The translations under genes and the position numbers were made by a program. Positions 1-13,300 of a stretch of 64,000 bases of DNA are shown piece by piece; the stretch's first letter is position 1; every line of letters starts with the position of its first letter. The notes below the pieces were generated by a model. The model made no database searches. It saw nothing but the letters and a program-made list of their open reading frames with translations, and had not been told where the DNA came from. The stretch comes from Tubiluchus corallicola (Eukaryota; Animalia; Priapulida), in assembly GCA_030141605.1 (NCBI GenBank), contig JAQGDQ010000062.1, forward strand, positions 248,001 through 312,000. The letters are read 5' to 3'.

Positions 1-609
1 TTTTATTATTAGCATTCTTTATTTGCTAAAAGGATATACTCAAGTTTAGTACAACATTAAGATTTTGGCAAGTCCATGTTATGTAGAAAGTGAGTACCCT
101 CATATGAGCCTACATGGCTAATATCATGGAAAAAATATTAGAATTCAGTAAATTGTTTAACGCGGGTTAAACCGGTCATAAGTAATTGTCCTATAGCTTT
201 TTGGATGATGCTAAACATGTGGTATTGGTGGCAGCCTTGAGTGAAATGTTTGAAAAGAACATTGTTTTGGTAGTCGAAACAGTTTGAAATAAGTTAATTA
301 GTATATTTATTGAAAGAAGCCTGCGTCTATAAAAGCCAGTTTTTTAACTGTAATTATCGCTGTTATTAACTGTAATTAACTCTGCTTGCTCGTACAGATT
401 TTTGCAGATAAATGTGAGAACATTTGCAGAAAATTGTAACTACGAGTTGCGGACCAATTTTAACGTTTTCATTGTTTCTCGTTGGATGGCGCTGTCGAGT
501 TAGTTACGCTGTGCGTACCAAAATGCAGAAAACGTGTCAATTTCAATGAAAGATTAAAATCCATTTACGTCTTCGAATTTCATACTTTACCGGGATTGCA
601 GTCATTCAT

Positions 610-1232
610 GTCTTAAAAGAAAACAGGATGATTTTTCATATATTACCCCATTTTTAAATCCGATAAAAAAGCATACATTTTAACACAATTAATACTGCAA
701 AGCATTTCTGATTTCATATAGATTAAAAACTTAATTAATGGCGGGCGAGCTCAACTATTAATGACATCACAAACTAACATAATTTTCCAAATCAAAAGTA
801 TTCCACTTTGCAAAGGCGAAAATTGAAGTACAGAGCTACTGTAAGATATTCAGTGTGTTTTACTAAAACTAGGCAAGTTTTAGGATAAAAATTTAAATTT
901 CAAATTTACCGCTGTACTCACGCTTGAGTTATCGACCGTGTGTAGTTCGTCACAAACTAACACATCTGAACTGAGAGGTACCACACCTGTTTCTTGTACA
1001 ACGCGCTTCCGAAATGCAGGCGCTAGTGCCCGTCTAGCTAGCGAATGGCGAAATGTAGGTAACAGCGAAGAACTGGTGGCGCAAACGAGACATTGTGTTT
1101 GTGTGGTAATTATTCTTTCACGTAAAGTCATTTTTGAAAAAAATAGTATGTTTCCTTTCAATATTTTAAAGAGTAGATTGTTATGACCTACACTTTAAGA
1201 TTTGGTTCGGTTTTGCTTAAATAGCATTTCCG
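610..1232 (+). repeat. Dispersed repeat family A, copy 1
   Basis: Shares GGCGAAAATTGAAG.ACAG, CCGAAATGCAGGCGCTAGTGCCCGTCTAGCTAGCGAATGGCG and more with 7640-8180 (+) and 25235-25860 (-). Confidence 0.85.
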
Positions 1233-2881
1233 CATTTGTAAGCACTAGAAATTTCTGTTTTTGAGACTACCCAATTTTTTTGAAGAGCAATCGAAAAACA
1301 TTTGGGCAAGACATCTCTGCCCAAGCTTTGAAAATGTTTGAAGTGAAATTAAGTCTGTGGAAAAGCATGGTGCAGGTAATTTACATTTAAGATAGTGATA
1401 ATGTTTTAAAACTTTCACCTTGTAAATTGTGGGCCTTCATCTGCTACATGTCTGATGGAAGAAGAAAACAAACAAAAAGAATTTAGAAAAACGTTGTATA
1501 TGGCAGCCATTGTAGTACGGAGATATTTTTAAGAGACAGGATAAATGAAAAAAAATCGTTGTAGCGGGTGCATAGGCCCTTTTTGGGTTTTATTTAGTTA
1601 CTGCCACGGTGCTGCCACCTGTTAGTTTATTTAGTAGACTTTTTACGTTTACAGTAGTCACTCTTTTAAAATTGAAGCACCTAATATCCTTGAATACATT
1701 GGCATTTTGATCTTTTGAGCGCTATAGCTGTAGTAGTTGTCTGACATTTTACCCGTCTTTTGGTTCTCTCCGCCATTGCTCTAGTGTTGCGTCTATGATG
1801 AACATTATGACTCTAAATTTCTTACAAGTTTATTGTTGTGACATCGTTGTTCTTATGGCCTTGGAGTCTTTGTAACTATTAAAGGCTCTAACAACGTAAT
1901 TCATTATTAATTAATTTCAATATAGTTTACATAATTTTTATATCAGTTTTCTTAGTTATAGTCAAACATCTAATCATGCGATGAACTCTCTTCTACTCAA
2001 TGCAAATTAAACTAATTGTTAATCATTGTATTACAGAATAAAGAAACTTTTGGTCAGCACATTAAACTGGTGTTTTGCATCCATTTCAATCGTATTAAAG
2101 AAATTACAAAGACATATATATATATACAGTGGTTTCATTAATATCTCCAAATGAGAGAAAAGAGGAAAAACTCAAAAACTTCTAACTACAGGTTCAATAA
2201 TCCTGTTTTTTACTTTTATGTAAGGAAATTGTCGTCTTACAAATATGCACAAGTTTCGTTTGATAGGAAAGTTTTACGCATTATGATTTAATTAAGATTA
2301 TAATATTGTACTGCAGGGCTGTGATGAGAAGTGTAATACTGGCAGGGGAATACAGCAGACTTCTCAGGTGTGCGTGTGAACGTGGCTTTATCTAGCACAT
2401 AGACTCTTATTCTGACCTTGTGTTAGTAGGAGCCACTAGTCACGTGCACACTTGAGCTTATAACAAGGGAAGGTCTGCTGTAGATCCTCGTCAGTGGTCG
2501 TCTAGTCGCAGCTCTGTTCACTTTTCACAGGCTTTGCTCTATTCTATTCTGTTCGGTAAGCTATTTGGAATTTTTCTGTAATAAATTGTCATTTTGATTT
2601 TATTATTCATTTTGATTTTGGTTTGGCATTGATTTAGTTGAGACATGCCGCACAGTGTAGGCCGCGGTGCCATCCGTCCTGCCTCCATTAGAAGCGGACA
2701 GCAGTCCAATATAATAATAAAAATCTGTTCTTAAATTCATCATTGCTAAAACTGAGTTTTGTACCAATTGAACATTGCTGCTCAAATCCCACCACGGTTT
2801 GCATACGTATAAAATCACTGAGACGGTTTAAAGTGTCAGTGACACTAGACCACTAATGGTGCTGCTATGTTTTTATTCTAG

Positions 2882-2999
2882 TTATGATGTCATTTTCAAT
2901 TTTAATAATTCTGACGACATTCTGTCGAAATTCAAGAAATTTAGCGCTGGCATAGTTTTCTCAGCAGAAGCAACGATATGGCCAGATAAATCATTAGAA
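2882..2999 (+). CDS. PLOD: PLOD exon (GT domain)
   Basis: [39 protein letters not shown]; ctag acceptor, gtaagt donor. Confidence 0.92.
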
Positions 3000-5900
3000 G
3001 TAAGTACAACATGCGTAATACTATCTACACCGCACAAATGATATATTTTGTAAGCAGCGCCTGCTTTGAAGGGCCACCGTTTCTATATATATTTATAATG
3101 CTAAATAACTGTGACGATAACTTGTTTGGAAATTATTAAAGCATACAAGAAAACTCTTTACTTACATAAATCTAAAAATCGTCTTGAAATTTTAAAATCA
3201 CCTACATACTGCCTTGTTGCTCACAGAACTTGTATTAACAGTAACGCTGTACAAAACTTGAAGATTTCCGCGATTACAATTAGGCGCAGCTATATTGAGG
3301 ATAGGTCGTTTGAAACAAGTTTAGATAGGTTCGCGTAAAGTTGAAAAAAATAATCAGGGCATTAATAATACATTTCACTTAACTAAGCAAAGGTATAAAT
3401 AACTGTATGTTATCAATAATATTGAAGACCCTTTTTTCGTGCGCCAGTGGTGCACACTGGGAAGGTGAGTCAATGATATTTTAGCGGGCGGCGCGAATTT
3501 TCAAGCAGGTAAGCGTAATGCTTAAGTAATGTAACTTTTGTGTGAAAAGTTTTTGGCACATACTTTAAATTTGCTCTTTCTTCTCCTTTAAGTTTAACAG
3601 TAATTCTACGTAAATATAACTTGTAATAATTAGTAAAATAACAAAGAGTGACACCAAATAGATTGCTACTGCGCTCGTTAAATAAATTAAAGTGTTTTGG
3701 TAATTATTTGAACAAACCAAGTTTCCTAAATTTACAAGTATTGTATAACATTGTATAAATATATAACTAACTAACTGTACTCATTGTGAAAGTTAATGAC
3801 TACTTTGTGTTATAGGATGAACATCCAATGGCATTAGGAAAGCGTTTTCTCAATTCAGGTGGTAAGAACGTTAACAGCTTTAATAACAAGTTGAGATGTA
3901 TCTAAACAAGGAGAGAAAGGGAGAGAGAGACAGAGAATTTTCTATTTACTTGATTTAATATTTCGTTTCAAATTTTACAAGCTTGATATAAACATCACAA
4001 ACTAATACAAGAAATACAATAAGTTGTGGCACACGACAATATTACTTATAACACTAACGATAACAGACAGGCAGATAGAGAGACAGACAGCAGAAGTTAA
4101 AAGAAAAAGAAGAGGAAAGAGAAGGAATAAAACAACCGAACTAGAGGGATAATTTGGTAATTGAGTTGATATTTATTTAAGATTGATTTAGCATACAGTC
4201 ACCGAAATTTATGATTTTGTGATTTATGTAATTTTAAAGATGTTATAAGTTGCACATTTTAAAAGGCGAATCATGCCAAAAATATAGTTACAATATAAAA
4301 TTAAAATTTGAAATTTAACTAAACAATTAAATAAAAAACTATTATTTTACTACGCTATCTCTATTATTTGAATCGCATAGATTTCTGTTTATTAAAATGT
4401 GAGTTTCTTGGACTCTTTTAAGGTTTCATTGGTTATGCTCCAGACATTTATCGGATATTAAGCTACAGAAGTGTTGGAGGTGAAGATGATCAATTATACT
4501 TTACGAGGATTTATGCTAACAGCACGCTTAGGGTATGCGGTACTTTCCTTGATTTCCTTACCATTTTTGATGAAAACTCAAATCTCATCTCAAGTAAATG
4601 TATCAAATGGATAACAGAGCATAGGAAACGCTCCTTTTTTATCTATTGACTCAACAATCTATTAGCTAAGTAGTCAAGATACTGAAATTCTTCTATGACA
4701 TTTATTTGAGTAATTATAAGTGCATCTAGATGTGAGATATTATCGAACAAATGTTATTAAATGGTTTAATAATTATTTTATTCTTGCTGTATTTTCTTTT
4801 TAATATCTAGCATTTGTTTTCAAAGGAAAAATGGATAATAAAACTGGATCACTTTTCCGAGATTTTTCTTAATCTTAACGGCGAAACAAGTACGTCGAAC
4901 TTTCACGCTTTTTAAAAAGAAAACTGTCAAGTATCGTTAAAGTTCAGAATGTGGCATGCACATTTGTACTTGTAAATGTTATATTATCGTCATCTTCATC
5001 GTTACCTTTCTCTTCGTCGTTTTGTCCCTTATCATCGTCGTTATTGTCGTCATCATCATCAACATAATCATCATCACTTACATAATCGCTGTCATCATCA
5101 TCGTAATCATCATCATCATCATCACGATTTTTATCATTCATCTACATCATTGTTGTCATCATCAGCAGAATCACCGTCGCCATTGCCGTCACTGTCTCTT
5201 TTCTATCAACCCTTTTCAGGTTATAATTTTGCCCAAGATTACTAGTACATTATTAGTTCTTAAGCTTGAGCAACTAGTTGACGTCATGACCATCACATTC
5301 ATTAGAATATATTAATTTAGGTTTTATTGTAAATGGTGATTATTGTAAGAGGTATCTGCTATGCAGACTTGTCGCTTGTGGAAAAGATAGAATTCTGAGA
5401 CTTCAGATAAAAAGTTTAGTTCATTGCACTACACTCTTTGTCATGTAGATACGTTGGTAATGGAATTTCACCATGGAATAGCTTACGTCAAGAATAAGGA
5501 CTACGGATCTATTCCCTGCGTGGTGCATGGAAACGGGCCTTCAAAGGTAAATCCTGAAGAAATGTTCACAGGGCAAAGTTTCTAGACAACTGCGCAAAGA
5601 GTTAACTTGATGATCACCTTTTCTCTTGGATCAGTGCATTATACTGGCATTGAATAGTAAAATAGCTTACCTATGTAAATGGCCAATAATTGTGTTCAGG
5701 AAAAATTCAATTCTCTTTGCAGGTTCTCCTCAACTATTTCGGTAATTACGTTCCGGCTGCTTGGACTGAAATGGAGGGCTGTACATGGTGTGACGAAGAC
5801 TTGATCAGTTTAAAAGCAACTGAGGTACATACACAGCATTACTAATTGATCTGATTACTCACTACTATTCACTATTAGAAAATAATATTACTGTGTTTCG

Positions 5901-8900
5901 CAATATTATTGTGTTTCACAGAAAAAAAGATAAAGTAATTGCCTCATTGCTTCTTTTCATGCATTTCGCTTTTTTGGACTATGTTGAGAGGAGAGCGATT
6001 TTGAAACAGTATGCGCCATTTTTTGCAGTACAATTTAGTTCACCTTAATAACGAGAGAAAGTAAACAGTTAGTATATTGTGTAGCCCCAGTTACTGCAGT
6101 ATAGTAGCACATAAGCAGTAAGCACATAGGTATACTCTACCATCTGACGTAGCTAAAAACTGATTAGTGCGAACAAACTTAATTTTCTAACATTGTTCCG
6201 AGCACGGAATTATAGACTCGCTATTTGGCCATGCAACAATTTTAATTTCATTAAAAATAATTTTAAAGCAACTATAATGGTTTTTCACAAATGGATAATT
6301 GTTGAATGCATTTGCACGTTATTTACAGTTTGGAGTAGATATCAAGTAGATATTCAGCAAACAGTACGGCTGCGTTGGTCTTTATTGCTCCTTTATTTAG
6401 CAAGCATATTATAATTATTTTTTCTATTAAGTAAGGTGAGTGTGCAAGTGACCAAATGCCATACACTCTCCTCGCACTATTTAGATTGCTGTATTTCACA
6501 TTTTATTGATCTGTCTGATAATGTATTTTTGATGTGTGTAATAGTTCACAGTTTTGTTTACGTTTATTTATAAAATTTATAGGAATCAGAATGGCCGACT
6601 GTCACCGTCGCCTTCTTCATTGAAAAACCTACACCATTCATGGATTTACATTTTCATTACTTCGTAAGGCAAATTTTCCCTAAAAAAAGGATCGACCTTT
6701 ATATTCATAATCAGGTACTTATAATATAATCAGTCTTTAGTTCAGTATTTTAATATTTTTTGCATAAAAGATTGAAAAAGAGCAACAATTTATTTTTTGC
6801 GTTTTATGAGTGCTGGTCTGTAATAATAATTTACTCACTTCAAATCCATAAAATACTCTAGGCTTTATTGTCCAAAATAGATAAAAAGCGTGAGCAAAAA
6901 TACATCATAATGAATTTAAAAATTATACACTACGATAAAGGTAAAAAACATAGTTCAATAAAACATGCAATACAATTCTACAGAAAAAATGTAAGACGTT
7001 ATGGAAATCCCATTTTAAATATACGAATACAAACAATTTGAAACATCACTAATACCGCTTACCTAATTAGACTAATTAGGTAATTAATTAAGCTGTTACA
7101 TGATGTAAAAAATAAAGCTATTAACAGAGCAACTGTAGCATTATTTATTAGGAAAATTCCAGAATTTATCGAGTTAAAAACGGGAACTTTGAGAAATTTC
7201 TAGTCAAAATAAAAATACACTATAGTGCCAATTTTGGCAAGGATCACTCTCTGCATTTTCTACAAAATAAAACTTCTCCGAATTTACTTTATACAAGAGC
7301 TGAATGTATATTCGAGAAAGCTGTCTAGCAAATCAAACATGTAATTATCAGAACACGCACACGCACGCACGCACGCACACACATTCTAATTCGTTCATTT
7401 TAATTTAAATCCAATTTAACCTTCTGTGGCGAACTTTAAGGTTTCCTGTGAAGCAAAATAGAAATCACGTTCACAAGCTGGACAGGTATGTTGATAACAT
7501 CTGCTTTATTTCAATTTTCAATCCTCGTTATTGACATCTCTGAATAACTTTGTTTAAAGCAACATAGTTTTCATATTCCAACCGGTTTAATGTACAGTAA
7601 ATAGTGTACATTCTAACATCTATAATAATCTATAATTTAACATCTTTCTGATAATTAAGTAACAGTTTAAGACCTTAATCAATGGCCTGGGAGCCTAACT
7701 CTAGTGATGACATGAACGTAATAATTCAACAGCACGAGCTTGTTGCACGTGTTTGGGAAGGCGAAAATTGAAGCACAGTGCTACTGTACAACATTCAGCA
7801 TGATAAACAAAACTCGGTAAATTTAAGTTTAAAATTCAAATTTCAAGTTTATTGCTGTGCTCACGCATGAGCTCTTGAACGTGTGCAACTACATCACAAC
7901 TGAACACATCCGAACTAAAGGGTACAGCCCCCGTTTTTGTGCATCGTCTATCCGAAATGCAAGCAGTATTGCCCTTCTAACTAGGGAATGGCGAGATGCA
8001 TGAAGCAGCCAAGAATTAGGAGTGCGAACGATAAAAATTACGATTCTGTGGCAACAAACCTTTCACACAAGTCATTTTCGGAAAAAAATAATACATACGC
8101 TATCAATATTTTACAGGGCAGATTATTTTGAACTATAGTTTAACATTGGGTCTGCTTTTCCTTTGAAAGCGAATGCTCGCTCATGAATGTAAACTTAATT
8201 TTGAAACAAAGAAAATAATGCGAATGATGCAATGCACCCGGATGGATGACAATTTAATCTTTAGGAAATTATGTAAACTTAACAAACATAATTTCATGTA
8301 TACCACGTTAATAATGCTGGAAACGAAGTAAACATCCACTCCATGATGGGTACTACAGGGTGCATATAAGTCATTGTTATACTCCACACGAACATAGTGA
8401 AACATTTGCATACATTTTCGTTTGTTTTAGGAGACGTTTCATGTTAGACATGTTTTTGAGTTTGTTCAGAACTACGGCCACGAGTATCACACCGTGAAAG
8501 TTTACGACAGAAATGTGGAGTATAATGAGTCGACGGCAAGAAATACTGCACTGTATGTTAAGCTTCAATATTGTGACGTTTGTTTAGTACTGCAGATAAA
8601 TTGAAAAATTGTGAACTTTCTGAGAAAATCATAAAATTTCTAACATGGGTCTTAGTTAGGAGCATTAGTCGGAATTCTTTTCTAGAAAACGCTGCATAAA
8701 TTTTTATTTTTGGTCTTCATGTAAGCGTTTTGTTTTGCATTTGTTTATGTTGAGTTGATTTTAGATATCTTTCAGAAATCATGCTCTTGAGAAGGACAGT
8801 GACTTTCTATTTGTGATTGATTCTGAGGCACAGCTTGTTAATCCGCATACAATACAACTTCTTGTAGAGCAGAATTTGTAAGTAACTGCCTGATTATGGT

Positions 8901-10325
8901 TCTTAAGTCTATGCGTTCACGGTTGCAGTTATTAGGATTGGTTGGTATGACTGAGGTTTGTCTGGCCGCCAACTTGTGAAAGTATTCTGAAGATGATGTC
9001 ATCTGGTGTGCTGGTTTGTGAGGTTGGTCTGAGAATGATGTCAGAGTGGCTGGCTTAGGAGGGTGCTCTGAGGGTGATGTCAGAGTGGTTGGTTTGTGAG
9101 GTTGGTCTGTGAATGATGTCAGAGTGGCTGGCTTAGGAGGGTGCTCTGAGGGTGATGTCAGAGTGGTTGGTTTGTGAGGTTGGTCTGAGAATGATGTCTG
9201 AGTGGCTGGCTTATGAGAGTGTTCTGTGAACGATGTCAGAGTGGCTGGCTTAGGAGGGTGCTCTGAGGGTGATGTCAGAGTGGTTGGTTTGTGAGGTTGG
9301 TCTGAGAACGATGTCAGAGTGGCTGAATTGTGAGAATGCTTTGATGATGTCAAAGCGGCTGGCTTCGGAAAGTGCATTGAGGTGATGTCAAGTAAACTGC
9401 ATCGAAGCCGTATTGACATCATACCTCGTTGTCTTTGTTGCGTCATTAACACTCAGGTTCCCTAAAGACAAGTCAGTTCAAATTCAAATTCAGTGTTACT
9501 AAAGTTTGGTCTCCAGAAGTTGGAGACTTTGGATTGTGGTTATCCAAATGCAATGCAGTTTTAGTTATCACTGAGATTACTAAAACAGTCAAAATATACA
9601 GAAAACTCTAAATAAGAAACTGCAAACACTGTGTTAGTAGAAAAACACGAACTTTTACTGACACTTCACGATATTTTCTTTCCGCAAATTGCACAGGCAA
9701 CCATTTTTCGTAAGCGCCAAACGTTAATTCTTCTCTGCCAAAAATTGCCTATGCCCAATACGACAAGGCACTTTGCGTTACTCAAAACTTTTTACATCTC
9801 AAAACATTCTTTATAAGCACTACGTGTAATTTATCCACTTTATTCAAAACAGATCTAATGTTAACATTTTCCTTTTACTCTCAAATGCAGAACAATAGTC
9901 GGGCCACTATTGGTTCAACCAGAAACGCTGTTTTCCAATTTTTGGGGAAAGATTTCCACGGAAGGCTTTTATGAAAGAGCCGACGACTACATCGAAATTG
10001 TGAATAATGAAAAACGGTAAGTGATGAACTTTTAATTTTTGTAAAGTGTGTTTTTTATTTCTTTACCGATTTTGAATACTTGACTGCATCACCGATATAT
10101 ATATTGCTCTGACGTCTGAACCCTCGATAGGTTCGTCTTCTGAGGGCTGACGACCCGGCCGGTAGAGGACACCGCGGCCTGCCTTAAGTGATGCTAATGG
10201 GCGTTGCATAATTTACACTCAAAGTATGAACAAAAACAAGCTCAAGCCAAATTATAGAACTCAAAGGGGAAGACATAAACACACATGCACGCACGCACGT
10301 GCACACACACACACACACACACACA

Positions 10326-10357
<32 letters not shown>

Positions 10358-13300
10358 CACACACTCGCGTGCGTGCGTGCGTGCGTGCGTGCGTGTGTGT
10401 GTGTTTATGTGTATGAAAGCCTGACAATACTTTGCGCTTTTAACTTCCACAAAATGCCTGATGTTCCAGCTCTTGCTTTTACCAATGATGGCCGCGACCT
10501 CGTAGTCATGAGAAGATAGGCTGATGTTCTTTTAATTCTGATCAAACTGACGAAAAATTTAAAAGGGGAGGGCATTCTTTCAGATCAATGTTGTTCAAGT
10601 AAGCGTGTAATAATATATTCCGCATATGCACTTGCTATACGTGTAGAAAATGTAACAAAAACTGCTATACGTTGCAAGATAACATTAAGTTCAATCCTAT
10701 AATTTTGGCATCTCTATCGGTTTGAAATCTTTGAAATTAGTTTGATGTCAGTTCTGTCGTAGTACTTGCTTTAATCTTGTTTTCAAGCACACTCCACTAT
10801 TCTAGAAATCCCTTCATTATAGAATGGATGGTTCGTTCGTTTCTTTGCAAACAATATAAAAAAGCTTTAAACTTACAAACAGGAAATCTACGAGATCTCT
10901 AAAGACCTCTAAAAATCATTTTCCAGGGGACTCTGGAACGTACCACTAATTAGAAGTTGTTACATGATAAGAAAGGATCGGATTGGACAAATAGCACCTT
11001 TGAAGCCGTATGTTCTTGGTGCGAAGGACCCTGATATGGCTTTTGCCGAAGAAATGCGTTGGAACGTGAGTTGCTGTTACTTTTAAGTTTAAGTTTATTT
11101 GACACCCATAAGAAGATTTCAATAAAATAATTAAAAACACCGAATCATTATCAATCTGTAAAGATTGTCATGGAGTGGGGAAAGAGACGTACTACTTAAG
11201 TGAGCCATATAATGGTACACAACATTACAGAATATCCTAAATAAAATAATATTAAACAATGAAATTTGTTTACACGTGCTTATCGTGATAAACGTTTCCG
11301 GAATAACTAGTTACTCGTGGCATTTACTAAAAGATGTCCCTTTATATGTGATGGTAAGTAATTCCATGTAGGTACTACACGATTTGAAAAATAATGAGCA
11401 AAATGAGCGATACCATTACGATAGGTACCAGAAATTTGTGCAGCCATAATGAAAGCCTTTTTTTGTTTGTCTCGAATTTGTCGAACAAAAAAGGTAGAGT
11501 GTGAAAGGATTGTGACAGAAAATTGATGCATAACAACATTCAGAAATCATTAGCATCATCTTGTAAACGTCCTTCCAAAATATTCACACGCGTGTCTTGT
11601 TCAAAATTAATTTTCTCAATTTCAGAATTATTTCATGCATGTATCTAACCGCGAACATTTTGGGCATCTACTAGATACTGAAAATTTCGACAAAAGCCAT
11701 GCGTCACCTGACTTGTACGCATTTTCTTCTAATCGTTTGGTAAGAATCCATTTTTTTTATTGAAGTGGCTAATATAGTCTAAAGGAAATAAATTTTTCTT
11801 TGTGTTACAGTCTTTTTTTCCATAAAAATGCACATGCAGAAATTTCCAAAATGCCCATCCGTAATTGCAATCTGCGACAAATATAATAGTAGTACCCCAA
11901 ACTAAGTGTATACTACTTAGAAGCCTTTACGTAACTGTTTAGGTATATCTTGCTTCTCATAATAGTAGTTGACAAGTGGCAGTAGCTTTGTACGTTTCTC
12001 TGCAAAACAAGTGTTCTCTCATCTTTCTGTATATTTCTCAAATATGATAGTTTTAACAGGGAGTTATTCACCGGTGGCGCCACCATTAATTGGGTGCCTA
12101 TTGCTGCGTACTCTGCAATTAAGGTTCGCTGAAATCTTCTTGTTAATTGTTATTTATATGAGAGGTAAGCGACAAAAACACGACGATTGTTAATGTAATC
12201 AAGAGTTGAACTGTACATTTATTTGCAAAATAATCTACAAAATTCATTTGTTGGATCAGTCACGCAACGCAGTACAACCAAGACAGCGTGTATGTTTTAC
12301 AGTTTTAAATTAATATCAAAGAACGCGGTGAGGGCCATAGCTGAGGACAGAGATTAATTGACTGACTGACTGACTTGCTGGCAGACTAACTGACTGATTG
12401 ATTGACTGAATGATTAACAGATGCTTGATACTGCATCTTCGTGGCTCTGTCACTGTGACTGCTCAGCAGTAATTCTCCTCACTAAAGGTGAAACAATTTG
12501 CGGCAGGAGTTTTTACCCTCGCATGACTATCACTGGTACGCACAAATGATAAAACTTGTGTATAGCTAGCTATTTTTATTACCAAGCTTGTGTTCGGTTA
12601 CTCCTTACTACTAGCAGAAAATGAAGATGCAAATCCATCTGCTGGAACAACAATGACAGAGTGGAGACTCCGACACTTACAAACAGCTGCTCAAAATTGC
12701 ATCAGACAAATTACGCATGCTCAATGCACTAGGCACTGCCGACATGTGCAGTGGTTCTATGTTGATGCAGTTGACATGGCAGATATGCCTGCTGGCATTT
12801 GATGCTTTTGCAAAACGTTGGATATCTGGATCATTTTTATAATCTGCAATTAAATGTTAAAATGAAATTATTTTTGATTCAGTAATTAGCTTAATTAATA
12901 TGTTGTTGGTGGTGTTTATAAAATTTTAATGATCTGTTTTAAAATCTGTTTTCCATTTTAGACACGTTTTCTGTAGCTATTTTCAATTTACATTTAGAGG
13001 ACAAAGCTCTAGCTTTACATATTTTATTATTTTTTTAAATAAAACAATTTCCAGATTCAACTATACATGTTGCACAAAGCTTTACCGCACATGGTATTCC
13101 ACGACCTATAACAGTGTGAGTTGATATCTTGTACACTAACTACGTGAAAAGAGCAACATGCATATAACCAGTCAATCATCAATTTTACATAACTGATACG
13201 TTTAAACATTTAAAATTCATTTATTTGCAACATTTATCTTAAAACCCCATTTTTTTTATTTTGAGAGAATGAATAAAAACAAACAAACAGACAAACAAAC

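Noticed and set aside
1275-1395. hAT transposase-like peptide (MFEVKLSLWKS)
   Set aside because: Too short and degenerate to call from recalled motif similarity alone.
2332-2694. Possible solo LTR (TGTAAT start, AGAAG flanks)
   Set aside because: The terminal CA is missing and the TSD placement is ambiguous.
4944-5315. Asp-, His- or Ile-rich ORFs
   Set aside because: Translations of an (ATC)n microsatellite within a PLOD intron.
8838-9452. 204-aa mucin-like minus-strand ORF
   Set aside because: It arises from the 39-bp minisatellite inside a PLOD intron and overlaps a PLOD exon antisense; no signal peptide or splice support.
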